A DNA stretch of 64,000 nt from NCBI GenBank assembly GCA_030611415.1, contig JAUWPW010000002.1, forward strand, positions 19,761 to 83,760, in the 5' to 3' direction. The notes under the pieces are model-generated. The model did no database searches. It had not been told where the DNA came from and was given only the letters and a program-made list of their open reading frames with translations. Source of the DNA: Candidatus Bipolaricaulota bacterium (GTDB lineage Bacteria > Bipolaricaulota > Bipolaricaulia > UBA7950 > UBA9294). Positions 47,950-60,662 of the stretch are shown here, one piece after another (positions within the stretch are counted from its first letter, which is position 1; each line of letters begins with the position of its first letter). A program made the translations under genes and the position numbers.

Positions 47950-48471
47950 ATGGAGAAACTATTTGTTTACGTGGCCGGTAAGGTACGAGGTAAGCCAGGA
48001 GCGGCTGCGATCGGGATTGCTATTACAGACAAACAGGGAAACGTCATAGAAGAGGTTTCCAGGCTCATTGGCAGGAGTATCCCACAAGCAGTTGTGTACC
48101 AAGCCCTGATAGAAGGATGCAAACGAACGCTTGCTTACTCGCCACAGTCAGTGATATTCTTCATCGACAACCAATCCGTAGTGAATCAACTGAATGGGAT
48201 CTTGGAAAGTCGACAACCCCACCTACAGCATCTGCTAGAAATAAGCAAGGGTTACCTGAACAAGTTCCCAGAATGGCGGGTTAATTTCATCGATAGCAAT
48301 GTTAATCGGAAGGCACCCCGTCTTGTCGAACGAGCGTTCCATAATCGTATCCAGGCAGAAATGACGCATGAACACCTCGATCTACGCTTACTGGCCTATA
48401 CAGCTTCGCTCAGTAATTCCGATATGGAGCAATTGATTGAGCACGCCAAGCACTTGCAGGATAAGAGGTAA
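47950..48471 (+). CDS. RNase H type-1-like domain protein
   Basis: LFVYVAGKVRGKPGAAAIGIAITD resembles the DGASRGNPGPAG motif of RNase HI-like proteins. Starts 10 nt after the tRNA; the ORF-track start 47839 overlaps the tRNA and is rejected. Confidence 0.6.
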   Translation: MEKLFVYVAGKVRGKPGAAAIGIAITDKQGNVIEEVSRLIGRSIPQAVVYQALIEGCKRTLAYSPQSVIFFIDNQSVVNQLNGILESRQPHLQHLLEISKGYLNKFPEWRVNFIDSNVNRKAPRLVERAFHNRIQAEMTHEHLDLRLLAYTASLSNSDMEQLIEHAKHLQDKR

Positions 48472-48476
48472 AGATC

Positions 48477-48917
48477 GTGCGTGTTGTGCTGCAGCGGGTC
48501 AGCCAAGCCTCAGTTAGTGTTGATAATGCGACTCCTATTACAATCGGGCAGGGAGTTCTCTTGCTGATTGGCATCGGCAGGAATGATAGTGATGTTGGTT
48601 TTTCCCGGCTGGCAAGAAAAGTCGTAAACCTTCGCGTTTTCGAAGATAGCCAAGGGAAGATGAATCTCTCTTTGCGTGATGTCGGCGGGGAGATCCTTGC
48701 TGTGTCCCAGTTCACTCTGTACGGAGATACACAAAGAGGGCGTCGTCCGAGTTTCTCTACAGCTGCCCCATCAACTGAAGCAAAAGCCCTCTTTTCGGCT
48801 TTTGTTTCAGCCCTTGTCGCAGAGGAGATCCCCGTAAAGACGGGAAAATTTGGCGCTAAAATGTCAGTGGAGCTTGTCAATGAAGGGCCGGTAACACTCC
48901 TTTTTGAAACCCCTTGA
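48477..48917 (+). CDS. dtd: D-aminoacyl-tRNA deacylase
   Basis: MRVVLQRV...SQFTLYGDTQRGRRPSF signature; GTG start with AAGAGG SD. Confidence 0.85.
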   Translation: MRVVLQRVSQASVSVDNATPITIGQGVLLLIGIGRNDSDVGFSRLARKVVNLRVFEDSQGKMNLSLRDVGGEILAVSQFTLYGDTQRGRRPSFSTAAPSTEAKALFSAFVSALVAEEIPVKTGKFGAKMSVELVNEGPVTLLFETP

Positions 48918-48991
48918 CCTTGTGCTTGTACAATAGCACGGTTAAACTGTTAAGGAAATTTGAAAGTCCATACACGTTAAGGAGAAAACAG

Positions 48992-49180
48992 ATGCCTGTA
49001 CCCAAGTATCGAACGTCACGATCAAAGGCACGAATGCGCCGCTCACATCAAGCAATGTCCGTACTGACAGTGAGCGAGTGCCCCCACTGCCATGAACCAA
49101 AACTTCCTCACCGTGTCTGTCCACACTGTGGCTACTACAACGGAATAGAGGTCATTGCGGTTTCCAAGAAAGAAAAGTAG
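48992..49180 (+). CDS. rpmF: 50S ribosomal protein L32
   Basis: MPVPKYRTSRSKARMRRSH N-terminus plus CPHC...CPHCG zinc ribbon; GGAG SD. Confidence 0.85.
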   Translation: MPVPKYRTSRSKARMRRSHQAMSVLTVSECPHCHEPKLPHRVCPHCGYYNGIEVIAVSKKEK

Positions 49181-49394
49181 ACACTGCCTCACCAACTTGT
49201 TTATCTTCCCGATCGATCTCGTACATCTTATTTCGTTTTCCGGCTGTTTCGTACTCCTTTCATGGCTTGGGCGGCTTGGTTCCTATAAAGGGATACCTGT
49301 ACTGTCGAGAAAAACCCATCTTCCTTGCCCACTGCATATACCCAGCCTATTGACTTTTCCCCTTTGCATACGGAGAATTGTCTAGAGACCAAAA

Positions 49395-50759
49395 ATGGCA
49401 AACAAAGAGCAGACCGACAACTTACACCCGGAGAGCAAGGTAGCTGATAATTGGCGAGCGGTGCTAGCAGCTATTGACGACCGCATCCTTCGAGTGTGCC
49501 TCCCCAAGGACCCTGAGCGTATCACACTTGACAAGGAGCAAATTATCATTGCAGTAGACAGCGAGTTCAAGAAGGAATACTGCCAGCGCAAACTTCCCAA
49601 GATAGAGGAAACGGTTGCCAAAGTATTTGGGCCACGGTGTGTCGTAATAGGCGAACCGCCGCTTGTTGAACGTGCTCGTCAAACACAACCCCACGCAAGG
49701 ATATCTGCGCACATTGCAGTCTTAGGAATTGGCGATGGTGGAATAAATGCCATCAACAGAATGCGTGAAGAAAACCTTCAGGGGGTAAAACTAATCGCAG
49801 TCGATACTGACAAGCAGATATTAGGGATTTCTCGTGCTCATGACACCCTTCAACTTGGTCTTGACATCACCGGTGGGCGCGGAACAGGTGGCGATGTAAC
49901 AAAGGGGCGAAAAGCGGCAATAGAATCCCATTGGGAAATTGCAAACCTACTAGAAGGCATGGATCTTGTGTTTGTTACTGCCGGGCTCGGCGGAGGAACT
50001 GGAACGGGAGCTGCTCCGATTATTGCTGAGATCGCCAAAGAGAACCACGCGCTGACAATCGGTGTCGTAACCAAACCCTTTTCCTTTGAAGGGATTGTGC
50101 GGGCAAAGCGGGCCGAGGACGGATTAGCTCAGCTGGCAGAAGCAACAGATGTCTCGATCACTATCTCCAACGATCGCCTACTTGAGACTGCCGCTAAGGG
50201 AATAGCGATGACGAAGGCGTTCGAACTAGCTGATAGAATCCTTTTTCAGGGGGTACAAGGAATATCAGATCTAATAACAATTCGTGGTTTAGTCAACCTT
50301 GATTTCGCTGACATTCGCAATGTTCTCATCAATGCAGGTACAGCAATGATGGGAATGGGGAAAGCACGTGGAGACCAACGAGCAATTGCTGCTGCCAAAT
50401 CAGCAAGCACGAATCCACTCCTGGAGGGAGGCTCAATCCGAGGAGCGCGAAAGATGATTATGAATGTCACTGGGGGACAAGATCTGACACTGCAAGAGGT
50501 AACACAAGCTGCAGATGTAATCCGCAAGATGGCAGCAATCGAGTGTGACCTTGTGTTTGGCGCAGTCATACGTGAAAACCTCGGAAACCAGACACAGATC
50601 ACCGTAATTGCTGCTGACTTTCAGGAGACATCGCAGGAAGGACTACTAAGCGAAGGCAAGCCCCGCCGTGAGCGAATCAACAAAGATACAGACCTTACTA
50701 TTCCTGCTTTTGTGCGAAGGAGGCGCGACACTGAAAGTAAGTCCGATTCAACCGGCTAA
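49395..50759 (+). CDS. ftsZ: cell division GTPase FtsZ with about 100-aa N-terminal extension
   Basis: Core GIGDGGINAINRM and GGGTGTGAAPIIA tubulin motifs start at about residue 105. No in-frame ATG/GTG/TTG separates the extension from the core. Confidence 0.8.
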   Translation: MANKEQTDNLHPESKVADNWRAVLAAIDDRILRVCLPKDPERITLDKEQIIIAVDSEFKKEYCQRKLPKIEETVAKVFGPRCVVIGEPPLVERARQTQPHARISAHIAVLGIGDGGINAINRMREENLQGVKLIAVDTDKQILGISRAHDTLQLGLDITGGRGTGGDVTKGRKAAIESHWEIANLLEGMDLVFVTAGLGGGTGTGAAPIIAEIAKENHALTIGVVTKPFSFEGIVRAKRAEDGLAQLAEATDVSITISNDRLLETAAKGIAMTKAFELADRILFQGVQGISDLITIRGLVNLDFADIRNVLINAGTAMMGMGKARGDQRAIAAAKSASTNPLLEGGSIRGARKMIMNVTGGQDLTLQEVTQAADVIRKMAAIECDLVFGAVIRENLGNQTQITVIAADFQETSQEGLLSEGKPRRERINKDTDLTIPAFVRRRRDTESKSDSTG

Positions 50760-50803
50760 TCTCTTGCCACAGAGCCGAACTGCTTCCCGGGAAGTAAGGT
50801 TAC

Positions 50804-51751
50804 TCAACAACAAGAACTCTTGCCTGCACGTTGGCTTTCATTCTCTTCATAGGCTTGTATGATTCGTGCCACAAGGGGATGGCGTACAACATCCCTCTTG
50901 TCAAGGATAACAAACGAAATATCATCAATCCCTTTCAGGATTCCCTGCACAGCAGCAAGACCGGACGCTCCTTCCTCAAGATCAATCTGGGTTATGTCAC
51001 CAGTGACAACAGCCTTGGAATGGAACCCCAAGCGTGTTAAGAACATCTTCATCTGGATCGATGTTGTGTTTTGCGCTTCATCGAGGATGACGAAGCTGTT
51101 GTTCAGCGTACGGCCACGCATAAATGCTAGCGGTGCCATCTCAATTCTGCCAAGCTCAACCAACTTCTCAAACTCTCCAGCTGGAATCATGTCATAGATT
51201 GCGTCATACAACGGACGTAGGTATGGGTTTACCTTAGCCTGAATATCACCAGGAAGAAACCCAAGTTCCTCGCCAGCCTCTACTGCAGGCCGTGTAAGAA
51301 TAATGCGTTTTACCTTTCCTTTCTTTAGCCAATCAATTGCCATTGCAATTGCGAGGTAGGTTTTCCCCGTTCCTGCTGGCCCAATGGAGAAGACAATATC
51401 CTTGTTACGAATAGCCTCAATGTAGAGATGCTGTCCAGCTGTCTTGGCACGAATCTCCTCACCCCAGTGAGTTACACGTACAACATCAGAAAGAACACCA
51501 TCAAGGCTTCTTCCTTCCTTGACTTGCGTGATTAAGTAGCGCAGCTCGTCCAAACTGGGAACGTGCTCACTCTTGACAACATCAATAAGTTTGTTGAACA
51601 GTGAACGAACTTGCTCAACCTCCTCACTTGTTCCTTCAATACGGATAATTTCTCCGCGGGCAACTACCGTTGCAGAGAATGACTTCTCGATCTCCTTCAC
51701 GTTGCAGTTGAACTTGCCAAGAAGAGCCGTTGGTTCCACAGTGTCACGCAA
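50804..51751 (-). CDS. phoH: PhoH-like ATPase
   Basis: GPAGTGKTYLAIAMA Walker A and PhoH domain, 315 aa. Confidence 0.85.
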   Translation of the reverse strand: MRDTVEPTALLGKFNCNVKEIEKSFSATVVARGEIIRIEGTSEEVEQVRSLFNKLIDVVKSEHVPSLDELRYLITQVKEGRSLDGVLSDVVRVTHWGEEIRAKTAGQHLYIEAIRNKDIVFSIGPAGTGKTYLAIAMAIDWLKKGKVKRIILTRPAVEAGEELGFLPGDIQAKVNPYLRPLYDAIYDMIPAGEFEKLVELGRIEMAPLAFMRGRTLNNSFVILDEAQNTTSIQMKMFLTRLGFHSKAVVTGDITQIDLEEGASGLAAVQGILKGIDDISFVILDKRDVVRHPLVARIIQAYEENESQRAGKSSCC

Positions 51752-51758
51752 CGTAATC

Positions 51759-53066
51759 TCAACGCTTGTCTGTTTTATTTTCTTTCACCCCCACTAAGCA
51801 ATTGTTGCTCACTTTCACAATCCGCACATCTACTTCATCCCCGGGTGCAACGCTTGGCTCACCCAATAGATGAGTGTCGAAATAATCCCGCGTATATCCC
51901 CGCCATTCCCCATCACTCTTGTTTTCGATCAGTACCTTCTTCCGCTTTCCCAGCAACCGTTCCGCTTCTATCGATCGAATTGCTTGTCCAAGAGACGCTA
52001 TGCTATGTGCGCGTTCTTTCTTCGTTTGCTCCATAACAAGGTTCAAGAAACCGGCTGCTATTGTCCCATATCTAGGAGAGTAGCGAAAGATGTGAAGGTT
52101 AGCAAATCTTACCTCCTTAATCAATAAACACGTTTGCAGGAAAGCAGACTCGGTTTCCCCAGGAAAGCCAACCATTATGTCAGTCCCAAATATTGCGTCT
52201 GGAATAACACTGCGAATCATACCCACACGGGAAAGGTAAAAAGCAGCGGTATATCCCCGCGCCATGTGGCGCAAAACAAGGTCGTCTCCACTCTGAAGTG
52301 GAAGATGGAAGTGCGGACAAGCGCGAGGATCACTAGCAAATACGTCCACTAGCTCTGCGCTGATTCCAGCTGGGTTAATCGAGGAAAGACGAAGACGACG
52401 CAACCCATCTATTGCCAAGATACCTCGTGCAAGTGACCCTAGATTACCATCAGGTGGCGCATACTGAGCTAAGTTGATCCCAGCAATGATAATTTCTGAA
52501 TAGCCGCGTGCAACAAGTTCACGTGCTTCGCAAAGCGCGGAAACAACCGGCTTGCTGCGTGAGCGACCACGAACTTGCGTAGTGCGACAAAATGTGCATG
52601 CCAGGTCGCATCCATCCTGGACCTTGAGAAAAGCACGTACACGACCAACATGTTCCTTAATATGCTCTTCCGCTAACGGGGACAGCTCAACTGCTGGGAG
52701 TAACCCCTGCTGGTTTCCAAGAGCACGCCTCACAACATCGCAAATCCTCATCTTCCAGGCATTTCCAGCCAGAAGATCAGCTCCTTCAATCTGCGTTAGT
52801 CCTTGAGATACGGAATCAGCAAGACAGCCAATTACCACAATCTTCGCGAGCGGATACTCGCGACGCAGTTTCCGCATTGCTTGGCGAGCCTTGCGTTCAG
52901 CAAGAGAGGTCACCGTACATGCATTCAGCAGGAAAAGATCTGCCTTGCCATCTACAATATCAAAACGAGGAATCAGTAGCGATCTCATCACTTCGCTTTC
53001 ATATTGATTCACTCGACAACCAAAGGTAATAATGCGTACACGTGGACGGTCATTGCGTCTGATCAT
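51759..53066 (-). CDS. radical-SAM methylthiotransferase, MtaB/MiaB family
   Basis: RVRIITFGCRVNQYESE MTTase N-domain, CDLACTFCRTT radical-SAM CxxxCxxC, C-terminal TRAM-like region. Start 53066 chosen from the typical N-terminus; alternative 53117. Confidence 0.75.
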   Translation of the reverse strand: MIRRNDRPRVRIITFGCRVNQYESEVMRSLLIPRFDIVDGKADLFLLNACTVTSLAERKARQAMRKLRREYPLAKIVVIGCLADSVSQGLTQIEGADLLAGNAWKMRICDVVRRALGNQQGLLPAVELSPLAEEHIKEHVGRVRAFLKVQDGCDLACTFCRTTQVRGRSRSKPVVSALCEARELVARGYSEIIIAGINLAQYAPPDGNLGSLARGILAIDGLRRLRLSSINPAGISAELVDVFASDPRACPHFHLPLQSGDDLVLRHMARGYTAAFYLSRVGMIRSVIPDAIFGTDIMVGFPGETESAFLQTCLLIKEVRFANLHIFRYSPRYGTIAAGFLNLVMEQTKKERAHSIASLGQAIRSIEAERLLGKRKKVLIENKSDGEWRGYTRDYFDTHLLGEPSVAPGDEVDVRIVKVSNNCLVGVKENKTDKR

Positions 53067-53207
53067 TCTAGTAATCTCTTTGCGCAAGAATCCATCATGG
53101 TTTCCTGGCAAGACCAAGGATATCCGTTCTTAGGGAACAAGTCGAGATACCTGTACAAGGTCAAGCATGCAGTTGACATTCCTTACTCCTTGTGATAGCG
53201 TCATAGG

Positions 53208-54407
53208 ATGAAGATGGGGGGAAGAATCATCCGTAGGCGTATCGCTGTTCTTGCCTGTGTTGCTGTTGTGATTATCGTCGCACTTGTTTCATACTACTTT
53301 TTGACACAACGCAATGTAGGGCCTCTGATCAGTGAAGGGAAACACACGAACATTCTGTTCTTAGGCTTGGACAATGCTGGGGACAGGAACCGGAGCGATA
53401 CTATGATGCTCGTAAGCCTGGCTCCGGGGGAGGACATTGCCCTACTCTCACTTCCCCGAGATTTGCGGGTCAAGTTCAATAACGGAGAGTTTCACAAACT
53501 TAACGCAAGCTATGCGATTGGTGGATCAAATCTTGCTTGTGAGACAGTTTCCAGCCTGCTTGGGGTTAGCGTTCCATTCTATCTCACGCTCGACTATGTG
53601 GGATTCGAACAACTAATAGATCACTTCGGCGGAGTAGATATCACGGTAAAGGAGCCAATGAAATATGATGACTACCGTGCCGATCCACCCTTGCACATTG
53701 ATATCCAAGCAGGCACACAGAGACTTGATGGGAAGACTGCCCTTGATTACATTCGTTATCGAGGAGGTGACTCCGGCGACATGGGTAGGATCGCACGTCA
53801 ACAGAAGTTGATTGGTGCTATACTGGAGAAAGGATTACAGAACCAAAATATCGGATCAATCAAGGACATCGTTAGAGCCATCTATCCTTACTTACATACT
53901 AATCTTTCCCTCATTGACCTATACGATTTGGCTAAGCTTCTGCATGGACTGGATCGCACACACCTGCAGATGGCCACTGTCCCAGGAGTACCCGTATCAA
54001 TCGATGAAATCAGCTACCTTGAACCTCAAGTAATAGAGATGGAGCAGCTTGTCGTCCGCTTGATCAAGGGGATCAACATACTTACTCCCGATCAGATTAG
54101 TGTAGCTGTATTCAATGGGAATGGACAGCCTTTGGTAGCAAGTAGTACAGCTACCTATCTACATGAGCGCGCGTTCAGAATTAGCAGGGTCGCCAACGCG
54201 GAAACCTTTGACTACGATCAGACCTATATTGTTGCCTTAACCGGCAAAGAGGCGGCACAAATCCTCGAAAGCACCCTTCCAAAGGCATCGACTATTGTCT
54301 TCCCCGAGGAGTTTGAACCCCACTATTCTGAACTCAAACCCCTAGTCCCTGCTGGAACCAACCTCATCTTGGTTACCGGCGCTGGTTTCAAGGTTGACAA
54401 TGGGTGA
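53208..54407 (+). CDS. LytR-CpsA-Psr (LCP) family protein
   Basis: N-terminal TM, then ILFLGLDNAGDRNRSDTMMLVSL LCP motif. Confidence 0.85.
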   Translation: MKMGGRIIRRRIAVLACVAVVIIVALVSYYFLTQRNVGPLISEGKHTNILFLGLDNAGDRNRSDTMMLVSLAPGEDIALLSLPRDLRVKFNNGEFHKLNASYAIGGSNLACETVSSLLGVSVPFYLTLDYVGFEQLIDHFGGVDITVKEPMKYDDYRADPPLHIDIQAGTQRLDGKTALDYIRYRGGDSGDMGRIARQQKLIGAILEKGLQNQNIGSIKDIVRAIYPYLHTNLSLIDLYDLAKLLHGLDRTHLQMATVPGVPVSIDEISYLEPQVIEMEQLVVRLIKGINILTPDQISVAVFNGNGQPLVASSTATYLHERAFRISRVANAETFDYDQTYIVALTGKEAAQILESTLPKASTIVFPEEFEPHYSELKPLVPAGTNLILVTGAGFKVDNG

Positions 54408-54759
54408 GACTGATCTCTTACGTACCGCGATCAAATTAATCGATGAGAAAAAAGGTGAAGAAACGGTCATAATCGACCTGCAAGAGGAATCTATTCCCAC
54501 TAGCTACTTTGTCATTACAGAAGCCGATAATCCAATTCACGTGAAGGCAATAATCTCTAACCTCAGCGAAAACCTGCCCGCCAAATTACTGCACCGCGAA
54601 GGCTTGCGCGAGCGGCGATGGGTCGTTCTAGATTATGGACAAATCGTAATTCATGTTCTCTTAAAGGAAGCACGTGCTTTCTATGATATTGACTCCTTGT
54701 GGAAAGATCGAATTATCGACAAAGACAGCCTGCTAGTCAGAAAAGAAACCTTTGTGTAG
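54400..54759 (+). CDS. rsfS: ribosomal silencing factor RsfS (Iojap)
   Basis: LLRTAIKLIDEKKGEETVIIDL...SYFVITEADNPIHVKAI...WVVLDYGQIVIHV matches RsfS; immediately upstream of the rRNA promoters. Confidence 0.8.
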   Translation: MGETDLLRTAIKLIDEKKGEETVIIDLQEESIPTSYFVITEADNPIHVKAIISNLSENLPAKLLHREGLRERRWVVLDYGQIVIHVLLKEARAFYDIDSLWKDRIIDKDSLLVRKETFV

Positions 54760-54823
54760 AGGCTTTCGCTGGTCTTCAATCACTCAATCCCGTAAGTCTT
54801 TCACCCCATAGGTAAGTTTTAGC

Positions 54824-54908
54824 TTGACAAAGCAAGACCTTTTGAGTAAAGTTCTCTCTGCAAGTCGTGCAGAATGACTTGACATGCAATATGGTAAGGC
54901 ATTAGTAT
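54824..54908 (+). promoter_or_regulatory. tandem rRNA promoters P1 (TTGACA-17-TAAAGT) and P2 (TTGACA-18-TAGTAT)
   Basis: Read directly: P1 -35 54824-54829 and -10 54847-54852; P2 -35 54879-54884 and -10 54903-54908; 60-140 nt upstream of the 23S 5' end. Confidence 0.6.
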
Positions 54909-54964
54909 ATGAGTTTGCATGTTTGATTTCTGCAAATGATCCTTGAAAAGTGAATAGAGTGTGT

Positions 54965-58072
<3,108 letters not shown>

Positions 58073-58105
58073 ACACCCTGTTTGCTTTTCAAGGAATGTT
58101 GAGAT

Positions 58106-58223
58106 TCCAGGTGATATATAGCAGAGGGGTCACACCCGTTACCATACCGAACACGGAAGTTAAGTCCTCTAGCGCCGATGGTACTAGCCTTGCGAGGGGC
58201 TGGGAGAGTAGGTCATTGCCTGG
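58106..58223 (+). rRNA. rrf: 5S ribosomal RNA
   Basis: CCGAACACGGAAGTTAAG...AGCGCCGATGGTACT...GAGAGTAGG conserved 5S blocks; terminal helix CCAGGUGAU / AUUGCCUGG. Confidence 0.85.
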
Positions 58224-58233
58224 TTTCTTTTTT
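58205..58233 (+). terminator. T-tract (TTTCTTTTTT) following the 5S terminal helix
   Basis: U-run directly after the 5S closing stem; end of the rRNA operon. Confidence 0.4.
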
Positions 58234-58328
58234 GTCACTTGTTATCCAAGTAACACGTGATACAAGGCGTAACAATGTGCAACAACTAGAACTAGAACTT
58301 CATAAGCCGATATACATAACCAGGCTAA

Positions 58329-58934
58329 CTAGAGATCAAGGCTGCCCTGTTCCAAAGCCAGGAGCCGCTCCTTTAGTGCGAGCCCACCACCAAACCCAAC
58401 AAGCTTACCATTTTTTCCGATGACCCTGTGGCAAGGAACGATAATAGGAAGTGGATTTGCGCTAACTGCCCCTCCTACCGCGCGAGCCGCGCACGGTCTT
58501 CCAATTGCTGCGGCAATACCGCTATAAGAGCAGGTTCTTCCATAAGGAATCTCTAATACTGCGTCCCACACTGACCGTTGAAATGGGGTCCCTTGCATGT
58601 ACGGCGGAGGACTAAAAGCTCTCCTTTGCCCTGCTAGATATTCACGAAGTTCGTGTAGAATGGAGAAATTGTGATAATCATCGGGCACAACCGTGCTGTG
58701 TAACTCGCGGCTTAGCTCTGTGAGAGGGGTTCCGCAAAGATCAATGTAACACGTGCCTTCTTGCGAAGAAACAACAACGAACTGCCATCCCTCCCAACAA
58801 ATCATGCTTGCATACAATCGTTCCTTCATAGTCACAATAGGCCAATGCCAAATTCGTTCTTGTTCCGATACTTCTTCCTCTCTGCCAGCTGACTGATAGC
58901 CCATTTCAGCGAGTACATCACAGGGATATGTCAC
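58329..58934 (-). CDS. ogt: methylated-DNA-protein-cysteine methyltransferase
   Basis: C-terminal IPYGRTCSYSGIA...PCHRVIGKNGKLVGFGGG active-site PCHRV motif. Confidence 0.85.
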   Translation of the reverse strand: MTYPCDVLAEMGYQSAGREEEVSEQERIWHWPIVTMKERLYASMICWEGWQFVVVSSQEGTCYIDLCGTPLTELSRELHSTVVPDDYHNFSILHELREYLAGQRRAFSPPPYMQGTPFQRSVWDAVLEIPYGRTCSYSGIAAAIGRPCAARAVGGAVSANPLPIIVPCHRVIGKNGKLVGFGGGLALKERLLALEQGSLDL

Positions 58935-59595
58935 CTTCTACAAAGTGAAATACATGATAGATTTCAACCCGTGGAAGTGGGCTAGTCTGCCAGCAATCAA
59001 TACAAGCTCCCTGTTTCTCACAGAGGGAAGACAGAAACTCTACCGGATCTGGAAGTTGCTCCCATACCTGGGGAAGGTACGTTGATGTCCCAGTAGTGGT
59101 AGTGAGAATCACTCCGTCTTTTCCTGGATTAAGTTTCTCGAGTAATTCCTCAGGGTCGTCAAACGCAAGCGGCCTGGGTATGTCGAGAATACTGATCCCA
59201 ATTCGGATTTTGTCGAGTTCATCAACTCTCACTGGCGAGAACCGCCGATCCACTGTTGCAGCGAGTACAACGTTCCGTAAGACGTTCTTGTACAGTGGCT
59301 CATGTGGGCGAAAGTCATCAATGATGCAACCGCGCAAAGCCTCATCCTTTGTCAAGGTAAGAAAACACGCTGCTCGTCTTTTCAGACTTGCAGAGAGGCT
59401 GCCTGCGTTGACTACAATCCCCGATTTTCCTGCCAGTTCCTCCTCTAGTTGCCGACGAGCAAGCTGGAGAAGCTGTAACTGCTCTGCATTAGAAAGAAGA
59501 ATCGATTCAGCCTTGCTATGCATTAGCCAACCTCTTCCAAGTAGTACGATCGGAACCAATCCAATAATGATCAAGATTACTAACCACTTTTGCAT
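58918..59595 (-). CDS. AMMECR1-domain protein with N-terminal TM anchor
   Basis: ACFLTLTKDEALRGCIIDDF...AATVDRRFSPV matches the AMMECR1 core (LRGCIG); MQKWLVILIIIGLVPIVLLG hydrophobic N-terminus. Start at 59595; the ORF-track 59643 adds 16 codons. Confidence 0.6.
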   Translation of the reverse strand: MQKWLVILIIIGLVPIVLLGRGWLMHSKAESILLSNAEQLQLLQLARRQLEEELAGKSGIVVNAGSLSASLKRRAACFLTLTKDEALRGCIIDDFRPHEPLYKNVLRNVVLAATVDRRFSPVRVDELDKIRIGISILDIPRPLAFDDPEELLEKLNPGKDGVILTTTTGTSTYLPQVWEQLPDPVEFLSSLCEKQGACIDCWQTSPLPRVEIYHVFHFVEGDISL

Positions 59596-59824
59596 CTCAC
59601 CCCTTTCACAACAAACAATAGAGCCTATCAAGCATGTTGTCAACTAGGGCTAAAGCAACTATGATGTTAGGAGTAAACTGTGCTAGACGCTTTTGGGAAC
59701 CTGATTGTTATCTCAAGATGATGACAAAACAAAGCAAGTTTATTCAGAGTACTCATAAAGAAAGCGGACGTCTCGCAGATTTAGCCTAAGGAGATTAAAC
59801 AACGAATCTCACAAGACAAAAGGA

Positions 59825-60370
59825 GTGATGATGAAGTCAAGTAAAGAGGAGATCATCCTTGAAGTTATCAAGGAGCGAAGGAGCATCCGGTCATATACCG
59901 ATGAGAAAGTATCTCGGGAGATGCTCATGAAGATCTTGGAAGCAGGGCAATGGGCTCCTACTCCTAGCAATGTACAGTCCTGGCGATTTATCGTGGTTCA
60001 GGGAGCCGAACAATTCAGGACGCTCAAGGCCCTTTCCCCTGGTTTTCCCAGAGAAGCCACAACTGCCATCGTGGTGTGTTCAGACCAAAGACGTACAAGA
60101 AGCTTTGGAGAGACATTGAGCCCGATCCTCGCCGCTGAAGAGGTAGCTATGGCAGTGCAAAACATGCTACTTATGGCCCATTCTCTGAATCTTGGCTCCT
60201 GTGCTGTAGCGTCCTTTTCTGAAGCTGGAATAAAGGAACTGTTGGAGCTAACTAATGGAATCTCACCTATCTTGCTCGTTGCGCTCGGTTTTCCGAACGA
60301 GCATCCTATCGCGCCACAGAGGGAAAACCTCTCACAGATAACATCTTGGGAAAGATATCAGGAGGTATAA
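59825..60370 (+). CDS. nitroreductase-family protein
   Basis: IKERRSIRSYTD...WAPTPSNVQSW nitroreductase fold; 181 aa. Confidence 0.8.
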   Translation: MMMKSSKEEIILEVIKERRSIRSYTDEKVSREMLMKILEAGQWAPTPSNVQSWRFIVVQGAEQFRTLKALSPGFPREATTAIVVCSDQRRTRSFGETLSPILAAEEVAMAVQNMLLMAHSLNLGSCAVASFSEAGIKELLELTNGISPILLVALGFPNEHPIAPQRENLSQITSWERYQEV

Positions 60371-60645
60371 TGGAAAAAGGTGAGTTATTTGGTATATGTA
60401 CTTATATAGCGGCAAGTGCAGAAAAACTAAAGGATGAACCGAAAGAGTATGGACCGTTACGTCTCCTTGAGGTGCTCAGCCAGCTAGCAACACTGGGGGC
60501 TACGGAATATGACGACAACTTCTTAAGAGAGGTTGCCCAACAGGTGAAAGAAAAACAAGGCCTTGTCATGACCGACAGAAAGGCGTTTTACGATTTCCTT
60601 ACCCAACTCGTCATCCAGTTCGCAAAGGAAGCAAAGAAGAGATAA
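60370..60645 (+). CDS. small hypothetical protein (about 91 aa)
   Basis: GGAGG SD 5 nt upstream of ATG 60370; TAATG overlap with the nitroreductase gene. Confidence 0.45.
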   Translation: MEKGELFGICTYIAASAEKLKDEPKEYGPLRLLEVLSQLATLGATEYDDNFLREVAQQVKEKQGLVMTDRKAFYDFLTQLVIQFAKEAKKR

Positions 60646-60662
60646 CGTAAAGGAGGCACTAC

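Noticed and set aside
50760-50803. Palindromic CTTCCCGGGAAG between convergent ftsZ and phoH as bidirectional terminator
   Set aside because: Stem is only 5 bp with a 2-nt loop and no flanking T-tracts; too weak to call.
53004-53195. 63-aa plus-strand ORF between mtaB-like and LCP genes
   Set aside because: Overlaps the mtaB 5' end antisense; no RBS.
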